Assembly (NCBI GenBank): GCA_051294375.1
Contig: CM119264.1
Location: forward strand, 12,727,459 to 12,791,458
DNA length: 64,000 nucleotides
DNA from: Paraspadella gotoi
Lineage: Eukaryota; Animalia; Chaetognatha
Direction: 5' to 3'
The notes below the pieces were generated by a model. It had not been told where the DNA came from. It worked only from the letters and a program-made list of their open reading frames with translations, and did no database searches. Made by a program: the position numbers and the translations under genes. How positions within the stretch are numbered: the stretch's first letter is position 1; every line of letters begins with the position of its first letter. Positions 10,601 through 25,100 of the stretch are shown here, one piece after another.

Positions 10601-13600
10601 CAGCAATAACAGGAAATAAACCAAAAGAATTAAGCGAATTCATGTAATAATTGTCCTTTACAGGAATTTAAGCATTTAATAGTAAAACTTGAAGCTTTTT
10701 TATAACGAAAATAATAAAATGGTAAATATGAAGGGATAGCAAATTAATGTCTGTTACCCAACTTAGCAGCAAAGTTATTCGTTAAAAAGCTTTTTTCTAT
10801 TTAATGTAGCGCATATTGATGAAAAGGCCTGATTTGTTAAGATATCTAAAAAGCGAATAATGGATACCTAGGATTATTAACATTTTCACAATAGTGCTAT
10901 ATTTTTAGTTATATTTTAAATGATTTTAATTTTTACGCTGCTGTCGATTCGGCCGTTTGAGGCGCTTCCGATGACGTCCTAAAAATGATATTGTTTTTCT
11001 CGGATCAATGATCTTCATAAGGGTTGGTGTTTCCGCAACTTATTTAGTTACAAAAAAGTGCAACGTCAAAACAATTAAAATAGTAAATATTAAACATATC
11101 TAAGAAGTAGTTATATGGTTGAATGAAGCGTTTAAAATTTAAATTAATTTCACATTTTATTTGGATTTAATATAAGATGTATGTTATAAAAAATAAGACA
11201 AATGTACTTCAAAATGAACCACAATAACGAAGTTTTGAATATTTTAAAAACTGTATTTACGCTGCCGGAGGACTGAATGGAGTAAAACAGAAGTAAATAT
11301 TTTATCTCTGTATAAATTTTCATCTATTTTATATAATTGATAAAATAAATTAGTAGAAATCCAAAGAGAAAATTAATTGTAAGTAACGGTAAAAAATTAA
11401 CAAATAACCAATGTATAGCCCATAGGTTAGGTGGTTGTTATTTTTTCCCTAAAAAAAAGTAACAAATCTCATCTGTAAAAGATTATCTACTATCTAGGAT
11501 AGCAAATTAAAATGGATCTTTGCAACAAAAAATACTAACTTAGCGATCTAGAATGTCTAAGAGATAGCATTAGATAGCATGAATTAGCGTGAAATATCGT
11601 GCTCAATAAAGCTCGAGGCGGACGTCATCCAAGCTAAAGTTTTTCATTCAAAAATCTAAACCTTTCAGCGACTGGATTCGTCCACACTATAAAGCATTAT
11701 ATTTTTTCCTTCTTAATTCAAAACCTTCAAAAACTAAAAATATTTCACTGTACAATTCTTATAAACAAACTCAGAGAAATGCTTTTTAGTTAATGTACTT
11801 ACTCCGCTGGTGGAGCCTCTTCCACTCTTTTTTGTTTTTATTAAGTAAAAATGTAAGTCAATTATTTTTTTAAAAATTGAAATGAGCCTTTTAAAGTCTG
11901 CATCTCCTCCCGGGAAACGTAACTTTCATGCGAGAAGAAAAAAATATCAGATATGCAGTTTTTGTGCCGTGTTTACTGACAAGATCCCCTAAAAGAAATT
12001 TTGAAAACCTAGTAATACGGTGGGGATGATTATCAGTATAAAACAACGGCTGTATTGCGGTCAAAAAGTTTTCTCAGTCTGAAAAGTTTACTTAATATTT
12101 GATCACTTTTTGACCACTTTTAGTCCTATCTGTCGTGTAAGCTTAGAAATGATCAATCTTATCTGAGCTGAGTCCGCAAAGTAAATATTAAAAATTGGAT
12201 CGCAAATGACGTTTGCATCAGTATTTTTTACTTTTTAACAATTTTAGAATGAATAAAGTTTCTATCCTTTTTAAAAATAATGTTTTTACCGACCACCGCT
12301 AGGGCTAGTATGGAGGTTTTTATGTTTACGTGTTATTCAAAGGATACAAGGAGATTATTTCATAAAACGAGAAAAAAGTATTAGGACAAGTAGTAGTGAA
12401 ACATTAAAAAGAGAACAATTTAAACAAATTTTATGACATCTATTCTAGAGAGAATTTCAGGGCAAAAGAGCTATACTGAAGAATTTCCTTACGGGGCGCC
12501 CTCTTCCGCGACCGATTCGAGAGCCTGAATGATCTCGGCGGCCGGAGCAGCTCCCTCGCCGCCCTCTACTGGGGGCGTGCCAGGAACGGAGGCGGGAAAC
12601 GGAGTCGGGTTTGACATGTCAGCCTGTTGGCCGAACTCCTTCTTCACCCTATCGTTTACGATTAATTACTATCATTCTTACAAGTATAAGTATTATTATA
12701 AGTTTATAACTATATATGTAAGAATACAAGTCTTATTATTATTATTGTTATTAAAATTATTATTAATACTCAATTATCTAATAACTTTGAATTAATCTAC
12801 TATATATATCTTTACTTAGAGTCATCGGCAGGGGCAGCCTCAGCCGGGGCTTCTTCGGCGGCGGGAGCTGGGGCGGGAGCTTCTTCCGCGGGAGGGGCGC
12901 TGTTTTGAGTCAACGAAAATTGTAAAAAGTTGTATTTTTCGATTTGTATGGAAAAAAATGTGTCCCTTAAGTTTTTCGGTTTGTTTTCGTCGATGTATTT
13001 TTCACCAATGTAGACTTATAATATATTTATATGGCATCTGGGAAAATACGTTCTGTTTCTTAAACCGCAGTTGCATGGCGCCGAGTTTTTTAAATCTTCA
13101 CATATTTATGGAAATTCAAATTTTAACTTCTCAGCTCAGAAAAGAACTTCTTGTGTAGCATGCTTTTTAGTATTAAAACATAATGTTAGAAAGAAGCAAA
13201 TCAATCAATGATATTTTGTTAAAGAATTTATGACACGTAAGCTCGGCTAATAAAAGCTATTATAAACTAAATTTAATTTTTTGTTGTTATTAAGTTATTG
13301 ATTTTTTTAAAAGATAACTTTTTTTCGTTATTAAGATATTAGAACAAAAAACTCACATGCAATTAAAAACATTTGATTCTTAAAATTTATTACGATTTAC
13401 GTTACTTCGAGCATTTCTAAAAATATTTGAGCCAAAAGTGGTTCCTATATTGCAAATTGCAACGGGACCGTTTCAAAATCCATGACTGTAGCTCGGGTCC
13501 AGGTTTCAAAAACAAAATCGTTCCGTGTTTCCTCAGTGAGCGCCAACCGCTTTCAGTTTAAAAACTTATGCTATTATACGTAATAAAGAAAATGTTTCAT

Positions 13601-14859
13601 TGACGGAGAGCGCTCGTTCGAGGAGACATCGTGTTTTTGAGTCGATACTTTTTGGCTTTTTTCTTGGCGGCAGGTTTGGGCGGCGGAGGTGGCGTCGGTT
13701 CCTTGGGAGGCTCTGGTTCTTCTTCCTCCTCTTCAACCTCCTCCTGCTCCTCATAAACTTCGCTGTAAATACGTCGCAATTTATCACATTTAATCTCATA
13801 TTCACGATTTAGAACGAATCAAACGATAGAAAAGTATTTTAACAAATAATAATATGATGTTGATGATAATAAAGATAAAAGCAAAAAGAAAGGCGTGGAT
13901 ACTATTTTCAACGAAACAGGAGAACAACCGGCGAAACCCTTAAATAACTATGCGCGTTATGCGAAAGCAGATGCGTAGTTTGGGGGATTGAAGATCAACA
14001 TCAAATTTTCTGAGTATGTAACCAAATTATGATAAGTTATAAACCTCTCACCCTAAAACGGTTCAGCCTAAAATACCAATAAACCCAAACCGGAACATGC
14101 TTAATTTTTATTCCTAAGTATATTTTTTTTCTATGGACAATTTCGAGCTTAGGAGAGGGGAGGTTACGTCACAATACAGGACGAACGTAAATAGACACTA
14201 ATCAAAACTGATTATATGATATTCAATACGACGGGAATATCTCTTTAATAATAACGCCACGAGATGTTTAATTCTGGTAGGCGATGAAAAATCGTTGCGG
14301 CGCAAAATTAAAAGAATTGGGTTATAAAAAAAATTCTCGCATGCTCAAGCAGTTTTAATGAGTTGAGAAGAATTAGTAACGAACGAGAAGTATCACTATC
14401 ATGCAATATACCGTGCATGAAGTATAGAATTTAGCGCTGCCATACATCATATAACGTGGATATGTATATATCGAATCGAGCGCTATTGTCACTGAATGTA
14501 TATTTAGTTTCTTCGAACTCCTTAAGTTAGAATAGAATTTAAAGTTGGAATATAAATTAGGTTCATTGAATATTTCTTAAATGATCGAAAATATTGTAAA
14601 AAAAATTCAACCTTGAAACAATTTTTTTAAAAATATACAGGATTGAAGAACTTATCATACATTCGGACTTCCATGCAAATGCGACTGAGCTACTACTACG
14701 AAATGCCAACGTAAAGTGCGATTTATTAACACTACTATTCATAGTTCTACTTTTTCTGGAAGTGCTATCATGCAGGGCGCGTTTTTATCAATTGAAATTC
14801 AAACTTGATCCACTGAATTTTGAATGTGGTACTCACGTGGCAGCTTCTTCGTCAGCCAT
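4140..14859 (-). CDS. TNNT: Troponin T-like protein (TnT2/IT-arm region plus Pro/Ala/Glu-rich N-terminus), many exons, alternative C-terminal cassettes
   Basis: ATG 14859 (MADEEAA). Exon 8472-8693 KSKEQLDIEKQNIILSRIVPFEIDGLDYNGLVERAKILHQIIWNLEANCYDHQQKFERQNYD, exon 8313-8353 MMELAERARQMNRG, and PKLSLFSKYERQKDRRTLTERR match the C-terminal half of invertebrate (spiralian-type) troponin T. All exons have AG/GT boundaries with consistent phase. Confidence 0.88.
5156..5230 (-). promoter_or_regulatory. Candidate 3'UTR stem-loop, copy A
   Basis: Sense CGUUAG-GCUCCCACACACAACG-CUAACG (5205-5178), extended by ATCC/GGAT, CCGCGT/ACGCGG and CGTCG/CGACG pairings. Confidence 0.6.
5704..7425 (-). CDS. Troponin T C-terminal exon cassette A (proximal)
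   Basis: Exons 7389-7425 (37 nt, YSWLQDRYTSSP), 6653-6754 (102 nt, PKISLFSKYERQKDRRSFTERRLIYQDPEDAKAK) and 5704-5745 (GLRVEKPIPLPVN*). Possible 18-nt microexon 7071-7088 (NFATAP). Confidence 0.85.
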
Positions 14860-17470
14860 CGTTGTTTGGCCTCAAGGAACCGTGCTGTAAAAAAAGATCT
14901 TTCGTGAAATACAGAAGTTATTTATCTTTCTCCCCTCCTCTTTCTTTTTTTCTTTCTTTCTCTGTTCCTTTTTTAAAATTTATTTAATTTATTTTGTGGC
15001 GTCCATATTATCATACTTTCAATTTAAAAAATAGCGGAGGGTAAAACCGAAAAAATTGGCTGCAGGTGGTAATTGCCGGATCTTCAGAGAGCATAGGATT
15101 GGTGCTCTCTCTCTCTCTTTCTCTCCCCCTCTCTCTCTCTTTCTCTCCCCCTCTCCCCCTCTCTCCCTATGTTCTCTAATCACATTCATTGCGAAGATCG
15201 AGTATCGAGCAAACATCTAACTTCTGGCTCGAATACAATCTTCGCAGTCTTCATCGACAGCCTGGCGAGAGGGTGGTTGCCGCAAAAACCAAACTCATTT
15301 CAAGATGAGGCATTTTCTCACTTTTTATCAAATTAGAAAGTGAATTTTGTTGGTTCGTTGACTGACGAATTGCCGAACAAAAACCGGCAAGTTCATGGTG
15401 TTGCGTCGTAGTGACTTTTTTGTGTGCATTTCGTACACGATTTCCCATATAATCCTGTGACTACACAAATACGAGTTGAAAAAATTTAAATCCAGTCGAA
15501 AAAAAAAGGGAAATTATACTTAACGGAGAACCAAATATTTATGAAAAAAAGATCCAAACAGTTTGAAATTGCTGGTGAAAAAATACAAATGTGTGTTTAT
15601 GGCAATCTGCCACCACGCCCTCAAAAACGACATATTGAAACAGTAAAAAAAGGCTGCAACAATCGACTTTGCTTCTTCGATTAAAATTAAACAGAGATTA
15701 AAGTCAAAGGATTTGTAATGGAAATTCCACGCCGCGTCTAATGTTTTCCTTCGTTTAAATCCAAAGAATCGACAGCGCGTTTTTTTTTTTCAAAAAATAG
15801 TTTAAAAAAAAATCAACCCGAATTTTCGTTTTTTATTTTAGCATCACATTTGAATTTGGTTTGAATTTTGCTCTAGAATGAGATCAGTATTAAATGAGTA
15901 TATTACTTAAGATAACCAACTCAGTCCAGTTTTGTCAAGTGGAGATATTTAACATAACTGTTCAAAAATACTTTTTCGTTATTTAGTAAAATTAAACTTT
16001 CGGATCCCGTTTCATCAACCGCCTTGATTATTTTGGACTGTAGCCCAGTACTTTACATTTTCATATATAATATTTATTTTTATATAATAATTTCTTTTAA
16101 AATAATTATCATCAGTTTGTAAGTTATACCCCGGTCGGCGAAAGTAAAATTTTACCATTAATAACTTGTAACGAATCATGCCAATTAAAAATTAAGTTTC
16201 AAGTTTATAGACAGTCGCATTCATACTAAATAATATACGTACCTAAAAGAGTATTTTAATCAGGACGGGTCCAAGTTGAACTGACTGGATGGAAGGCAGA
16301 AGTCCGATCCGAGTGAGGAGAAATGATGGACTCCAGGAGGAAGATAAGGAGGAAGAGGACGAGGAGGAAGATCGCGAGAGGGAGGAAGAGGAAGAAAGGC
16401 GAGGCGGGAAAGGGGGGGGTAAGGATCGAGTCATGAGGCAGAGAGCGCATTAGCATTTTTTGGGCTAGATCCTTGCGTCTGGGCCGGGAAGCCTGGGGTT
16501 CAATGCTTATGTTTAATTTAAAAGATTATAATTTCTAAGGAGCAAACTTGTTACTAACATACTTTAAGTATTTTCCTTGGTTAAAATTTTCTTTCGTAAC
16601 CACTAGCCAAGGTGTGATATAATTATTTCGTGATTTCTATAACTGAGACGACAACGACAACCAATATGACGAAGCTGATGAGGAAAATGCACGGGAAAGT
16701 CGGTGGTGGAGAGAGAGGAGAGAAAAGCCGGTGAGTGGCAGTGGTGAATGAGGGGGAGGGATGGGGAAAAAAAATGATTAGATAAACTTGAAAGAGCGAA
16801 AGAGCGAGAGAGAGTTGTTCAGCGAAAGATTTGGGGGGGGGTGATTTCAAGAGCGAATCAGCTTAAAATTTCGACGGAAGAAGTTCATCCGAAAAATCGG
16901 GCAAAGAGAAGTTGTAGCCTCTGAAATCGAAATGATTCGTATCGCGAGAAGTCGGGCTCGGGGCATTTTGGGTCCCGGCATGATGCACGCTAAATTTATA
17001 AAAGTGGTTTGGTTATAAGGCTTTTAGCGTTGAAATGACCAGAGCAATTTCAAAATCAAACTAAGTTTAGTATGAAAAAAAAAGTTATTTTCGCCTTCAA
17101 TCAACGGCTACTAAATTGAAAAAAAAAACTCGAGGTTTTGTTTTCGGTAAACTTTTCATTTGGTTTTTTTGAAAGAAAAAAGAAAAAGACGCAGAGGGCA
17201 GACTTTTTAGCTAAAATAGCTAAACTCTATATCACAATAAACAGGATTTAAGCAATACAATTTTTCTGTGTCGATTTCAGCCTAATAAATTAAAGTTAAA
17301 AACACTGTAGCTAACAATAATTTCTGTATTAAAACATAAAAAGACAAACAAGAGAAAAATACATTTTAAGAATGATACACAGACGAGATAAAAGCTGATC
17401 CATTCGCAAAGTTCGAAAGAAAATAAATCAATTTCTCCTCGGAAAAATCCATATTCGTCAGATGAGACCT

Positions 17471-19766
<2,296 letters not shown>

Positions 19767-20199
19767 AATTAACAAAACATATAAACTAAAGAATCGTTGA
19801 ACATTGAACCATTAAGAGTGAACCAGTGGATTAAGTAAACAAGATCGGTTCATCCAATGTATTGCGCCGCAGTGACTTTATTTTCACGTGTATTTCCCTT
19901 TGATGACACGATATAACATGACTTAATATGACTAAAAAAAACTTCTTAGCCCGTGTATTTATGACATGCACTGCATCGAAATTTAGTCTTTTATTCCTTA
20001 TACTACAGTTTATACTTTTATACTTATAGTTTTAGGATTTTACTTAGATTTGAGGTTTTTCCATTCTTAACAAATGAGCAACCAACTGTATAGGCGAATT
20101 ATATACAATTTTAAAGTAAGTGGGACAGACCGACCGATAGACCGACCGACCGCCCGCGTCGCAACAAAAAAAAGGTCTTTTTTGTTTCCTATCTCTAAA

Positions 20200-21267
20200 A
20201 ATAACCTGAGAAGAAAGTTTATTTAATTTTAAACAAAGCCTTGAGTCGTTGGACCTTCCCAAGACGTTGATAATCCAGGTAGAAGGGTTGAATGGATCTT
20301 CGGCAAGGAGGACAATCTGAGAGCAATAAGTTAAGCTGTAAAGATCTGTGACCAACAAAAAATGTTGTATAAAGATAAAACATGAATAATGAAAATAGTT
20401 TTCAGTTTCTGAAAACCTTTTTTTTCAGCCGGATTTCAATATGTGTCGTAGTCAATACTGAAAAAATAGTTGACGCCTGACTCGAAATCTTTTGTTCAAA
20501 CACTCCAAAAAATATTCCTTTTTTGCCATGTAGGGGAACCATGCAGCAACCAATTGGAAGTCGACTAACAAAAGGGAAATAAATGAATATATAATTAGTA
20601 TTAGTAACCCCCGTTTAATTCGGGCAATCAATCAATCAATCAATCAATCGGTTACTAAATTTCAATAAGCTCCAAAAGCGCGTGGGCAATACTGTATCGA
20701 CAAAACAAAAACAGACGTCAGACCTGGTAATTAATAATCACGACAAAGTCAACAATCAACATGATAAATATTATCTCCGTGTTTCACTCAGTCTTGCAAC
20801 AACATTTATTTCACTACAAAAACCATCTATAGTATACCTCCTGATAACTTCAATGAAATTCATTAAATCGTTGATAAAATCCGTGGTCATTTGTTCATGA
20901 TGTTGAATGTCTTCTTTAGGTCCGATTATTATGATAATTTTTAGGATAAATGAAAAACTAATTAACAATTATTTATTACAGCCGGTTTTAGCTTCCTGTA
21001 ATTTCAAACATTAGCTTTATCTAATATAACCTTTCTTATTAAAAAAACCTATGATCCTGTGATTGATTAATTACCGGAGGAGAGGAAGTTCGTAACCAAA
21101 TTGTCATTACTTTTGTTAAGCGCATTATTCATCCTAATAAAAATTAATTATCAAATGTCCATAAATATTGTAATGGCTAAAAACAAAAAGCCAAGGTAGA
21201 ACTAGTAGGAAGTTTCAAACCATTTAAGTTCAAAGAATGATCTCCAAAAGTGTCTGACGGAAGCCAT
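20200..21267 (-). CDS. Possible small multi-exon gene of unknown function, or upstream exons of the zinc-finger gene
   Basis: ATG 21267 MASVRHFWRSFFELK|gt, then splice-bounded segments NDNLVTNFLSS, EDIQHHEQMTTDFINDLMNFIEVIR, DFQLVAAWFPYMAKKEYFLECLNKRF and IVLLAEDPFNPSTWIINVLG. No family recognised and the full exon chain is not resolved. Confidence 0.35.
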
Positions 21268-21280
21268 ATTTTGGGCTAAA

Positions 21281-21335
21281 AAGGGCGGACCAATAAGGAG
21301 GAAGGTCTCCAAGAAGTCAGTTATGATTGGTCGGA
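21281..21335. promoter_or_regulatory. GC box and CCAAT boxes in a head-to-head intergenic region
   Basis: GGGCGG at ~21281, CCAAT at ~21290 and ATTGG at ~21326, just upstream of the 21267 ATG and divergent from prosaposin. Confidence 0.35.
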
Positions 21336-22148
21336 GCTTATGTGAAATGATAGTGTGATAGTGATAGTCATAGTTTGATTGACTGATTGAATCTGATTAC
21401 AAAGTTTTGTTTACATGAACACGATATTTGAATCAACTGAATAACGCTTTCCCAAAAAATATCAGGATGGTTGCAGCAATTTCATGAGGTTTTTTTTTTG
21501 CTATGTCCAGTATTTTCCCAAATCCTCTTTCATCTTTCATCACTTTTAGTAATTTTAAATTCAGTTTCCCACTAGTTACTAAATTAGGTTTTGAAATTTT
21601 GGTTTTCATAATAATGACCTCGCCCTCAGGGCGAATCAATCAGCGATCGAGCTTTCTTTCCTTTCGTCCAATCAGGTTTAGTTTTGTATCCGATTTCCCA
21701 AATCATATGATTCGACGGCGACGACAACGACGGAGACCAAAATTTTATTCAACCTCATGTGATGTTGGAATCAGCAGCAGACCTGCATGTCTGGAATCTC
21801 GATTCTCAAATCTGATTTTGGTTCAATTGACCTTATCATTTTTGTGGCTTTTAATCGGCCATTTTTCGAATATAATTTATTATATCACATCAATTCTCAC
21901 TCTTTGATATTGTCGTCATGCAACTTTAGTGGGGATGTCCAATTAGTTCCTTCTCTATTTACAATTCCTTTTCGTTTGCTTTTAAATTCTGTCTGTTTTT
22001 ATGAGTAATTGTGCCGCTTGATCATAATTTGATTTTACTATTTTTATTTCTTAAAAATCGATTCTACGTTTTTCACTTTCGTGACAATTTCGTGTTCGTT
22101 GTGTATGGAGTTGAACTAACGATAATTTGATACCGACGCTCATTTATC

Positions 22149-25100
22149 ATGAAGTGGACCGCGCTGGTCGCTGTTCTCTTCGCCATTTTGGCGGGTAAGT
22201 TATAATAATGTTGCTCAGGTTTTGTACTTAATTTACAATAATCGTTTCGATTACAGTCTCGCCCATTTCGGCCTTTATTTTCCGCCCATTTTACTGCGCA
22301 CGAGGCCCTTCCTTTTACTGTCGGGACGAGGACACGGCCAAGTCATGTGCCGCCTTGGCCTATTGTGCTGCCAACTATTGGCCAAAGGAATCTGACGCTC
22401 ACCATATCAAGAAAAATGGTTTGATGAAATTTTTTTTTACATTTACATTTAATTAACTTTGAGTTCTCTTAGCAAATCCGAAAAACTTGTCCTTTCTACT
22501 GAAATTCTAGATGAGGGAGATGTAATCTCGAACGATCCTTTCGACTTCATGACAAAAATGATGGATCAACTGAAGCCCGTAAGGAAGGCGGAGGCGTCTG
22601 GCGCCACCGACCCCTTCGACTTGATGAAGAAGATGATGAAGAACCAGATGAAAGAGATGGACTCTTTCATGAACGGGGCCATCGACGAGTCCTTCCGCGA
22701 GATGGATCGGGCCATGCGCGAAATGGATCCACGCGTGCGCACCGCCGTCGACGATCAGGAAGCGCCTTCCGTCGCCGTTGATAAAAAGGACGCTATCGGC
22801 GAGGACGGCCCCATTTGTGAGGCTTGCATTAGCACCGCTCAAAAAATTCATGACAAAGTGTCTGACAAGAAACTGGAACAAGCACTGATTAAAAAAGTTA
22901 CTTCTCTTTGCGCTTACTGTCCGGTTCGTGAAAAGTGCAACTCCACCCTTCGTAATTACATTCCGCAATTGTTCGCCGCCGTGAAACAGCTTACCGAGAA
23001 TCCTAAGGTTTGACTCGGGAATTTTACAATTTCGGCTTGAATTAAAAGTCTAACTTAGTCTCTAATATTTGTTCATACGTACTTATTTATTTCAGGTTTT
23101 ATGCGAAATGTATGGTCTTTGTTCGCCGAGTGAGGAAAGGAAATCTGAGCGTTTGCAGGTTCACAATTACGACTGTATTTAATAATATATATTGAAGAGA
23201 CAGTAATTATTGATATGTGTTAATGACAGAACCGTTCAATATAAGCAGTCCCTGAGCTTCGGATCAGGCTGTAACACCATGTTACAGGCGGGTTAAGCGC
23301 CCCGTCCCTCTTAACTGCCAGACGACCACCGGGCTAGAACCCCGGACCTTTGGGTTGGGAGGCGAATGACTTGCCTCCTGCACCAATGGCCGCTGATGAA
23401 CGGTTGGTGGACTTTAGTTCACCGTACGTTGATAAAAATATAATCCTCTTATTCCAGCTATCGAAGAGCGCCTGTTCCATCTGCAGTTCCAGCGCGAATC
23501 AGATAAAAACGATCCTTCGACTTCCTGGCGCCGTTGATGTCGCCCCGAACTTTGTTTGTGGTCTATTTGGTCTCGAACAAAACAAGGTGAAAAATTCTTT
23601 TCTCAACAGTTTTGCGCACATTCATGTTAAGCATTTTGTTTTTCATTCTGTGCTAATTTTTAGGAATGCTTGGCTGTGATCAACTCCATGGCGAACCTCT
23701 TCCATGTCCACGACGATCCTGCTCTTATTTGCTCGTCATCTTTCTGCTCTCACTCTCCCGTCGATTCTATTTTGGAAAAAGCGGATGAAGGCTTAGAGCA
23801 AGCTACTGCGTCGGAGGAGGAGAAAACTCCGACCAAGATGGATGCCTCTGTGATGAAGAAACTGCCGAAGTGAGGAGGCAGGAGGAATTGCGTCGTTGAG
23901 GCTTCTAATGAAGTTATCAGTTTCTTAATTTCACAAACGTTTTGATTTTAGAGCTTGTAAAATATGCGTTATGCACACCGAGTGGTGGATCAAGTTCATG
24001 GAAAAGAAAATAATCCGCGACAAACCTCGAATGTTGTGGGGATGCAAGTTTGCCATTGACGCTGCTAAATGCAAAAAGGCCGTCGAGAACTACGTCAACT
24101 CTACCTTGACAGCTCTGAAAAAAGCTTGTCCTTACAAGGTAACTTTGAACTAGAGTTTTCTCGGTCGCACCGTTAAGACCTGTCGAATTTTTATATGTGT
24201 CAGCGTGGGCTTACGATAATTTTGTGCGAAAGCTCCAACCTTCCGTCTTTGCTCCCTCCATTTGCATAGATTTGCGCCCATTTTGGCTATTGTCCTACCA
24301 ACACCACCTCAGTCGTCTCCGACGAAATATCAGTAGATGCTGTAGACGACAGCAGCGACACTTGTGACACATGTGTGCAAGTCGCCACGATGGTCAAGTC
24401 AAAATTGTCTGACCCTACTACGCAGAAAGAAATCCAGATGGCCTTGGAGGCGCTCTGCAATAAAGCGGGGACCAGCATCGCGCAGGAGTGCGTCCAAGCG
24501 ATTAAGATGTACCTACCGCAATTGTTCGATTTCGTGAAAACTATGAAACCCAAGGTGCTGAGTTAATTATTTTTGGTGTATATCGTCAGCAATCTATGAT
24601 ATAAAGTTATCACATTCAAATCATAATTGTTTCCCCTTTTTTGTATTTAGGAGCTGTGTCAGGAATTTGGATGGTGCCCCAAGACACAAATTGAGGTAAT
24701 TGGGAAATGATAACCTAGGCCTAAACTAATTTGAGTATTATAAAAAAGAACTCCATGCTATTTCGAACTAGTTTCGAGGTTAATCTTTAAGGCGAAAGCT
24801 AGGTAACGTGATTTTTTTCTTGTTAAGCATCGCTGACGTTTTACAATCGTCACAGGTGATCTCTTTAACTTTTTCCCTTTCAGTTCCAGTCGCGCACTTG
24901 CTCTGCTTGCAGTTCAGGGGCTCACCAGCTGACGAACCTTCTTCGTCTTCCGACATTCGCCGAAGGGTTGCCGAAGACGGTTTGTAGATTCTTCGAGCCG
25001 ATCGAAAATGAGGTGAGTTAGTTTTTTGCCCGTTTACTATTTCAATTTCCTTGTTTTTGTCTTAGCCTATTGACTTGTTGACCTGTTTATTTAGCTTCTA

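Noticed and set aside
11662-11686. Possible additional troponin microexon
   Set aside because: 25 nt long with an in-frame TGA in the required phase.
13597-13779. Stand-alone 60-aa Glu/Pro-rich ORF
   Set aside because: Better explained as internal troponin exon 13649-13762 with a phase-2 donor; read-through to the stop remains possible but is unsupported.
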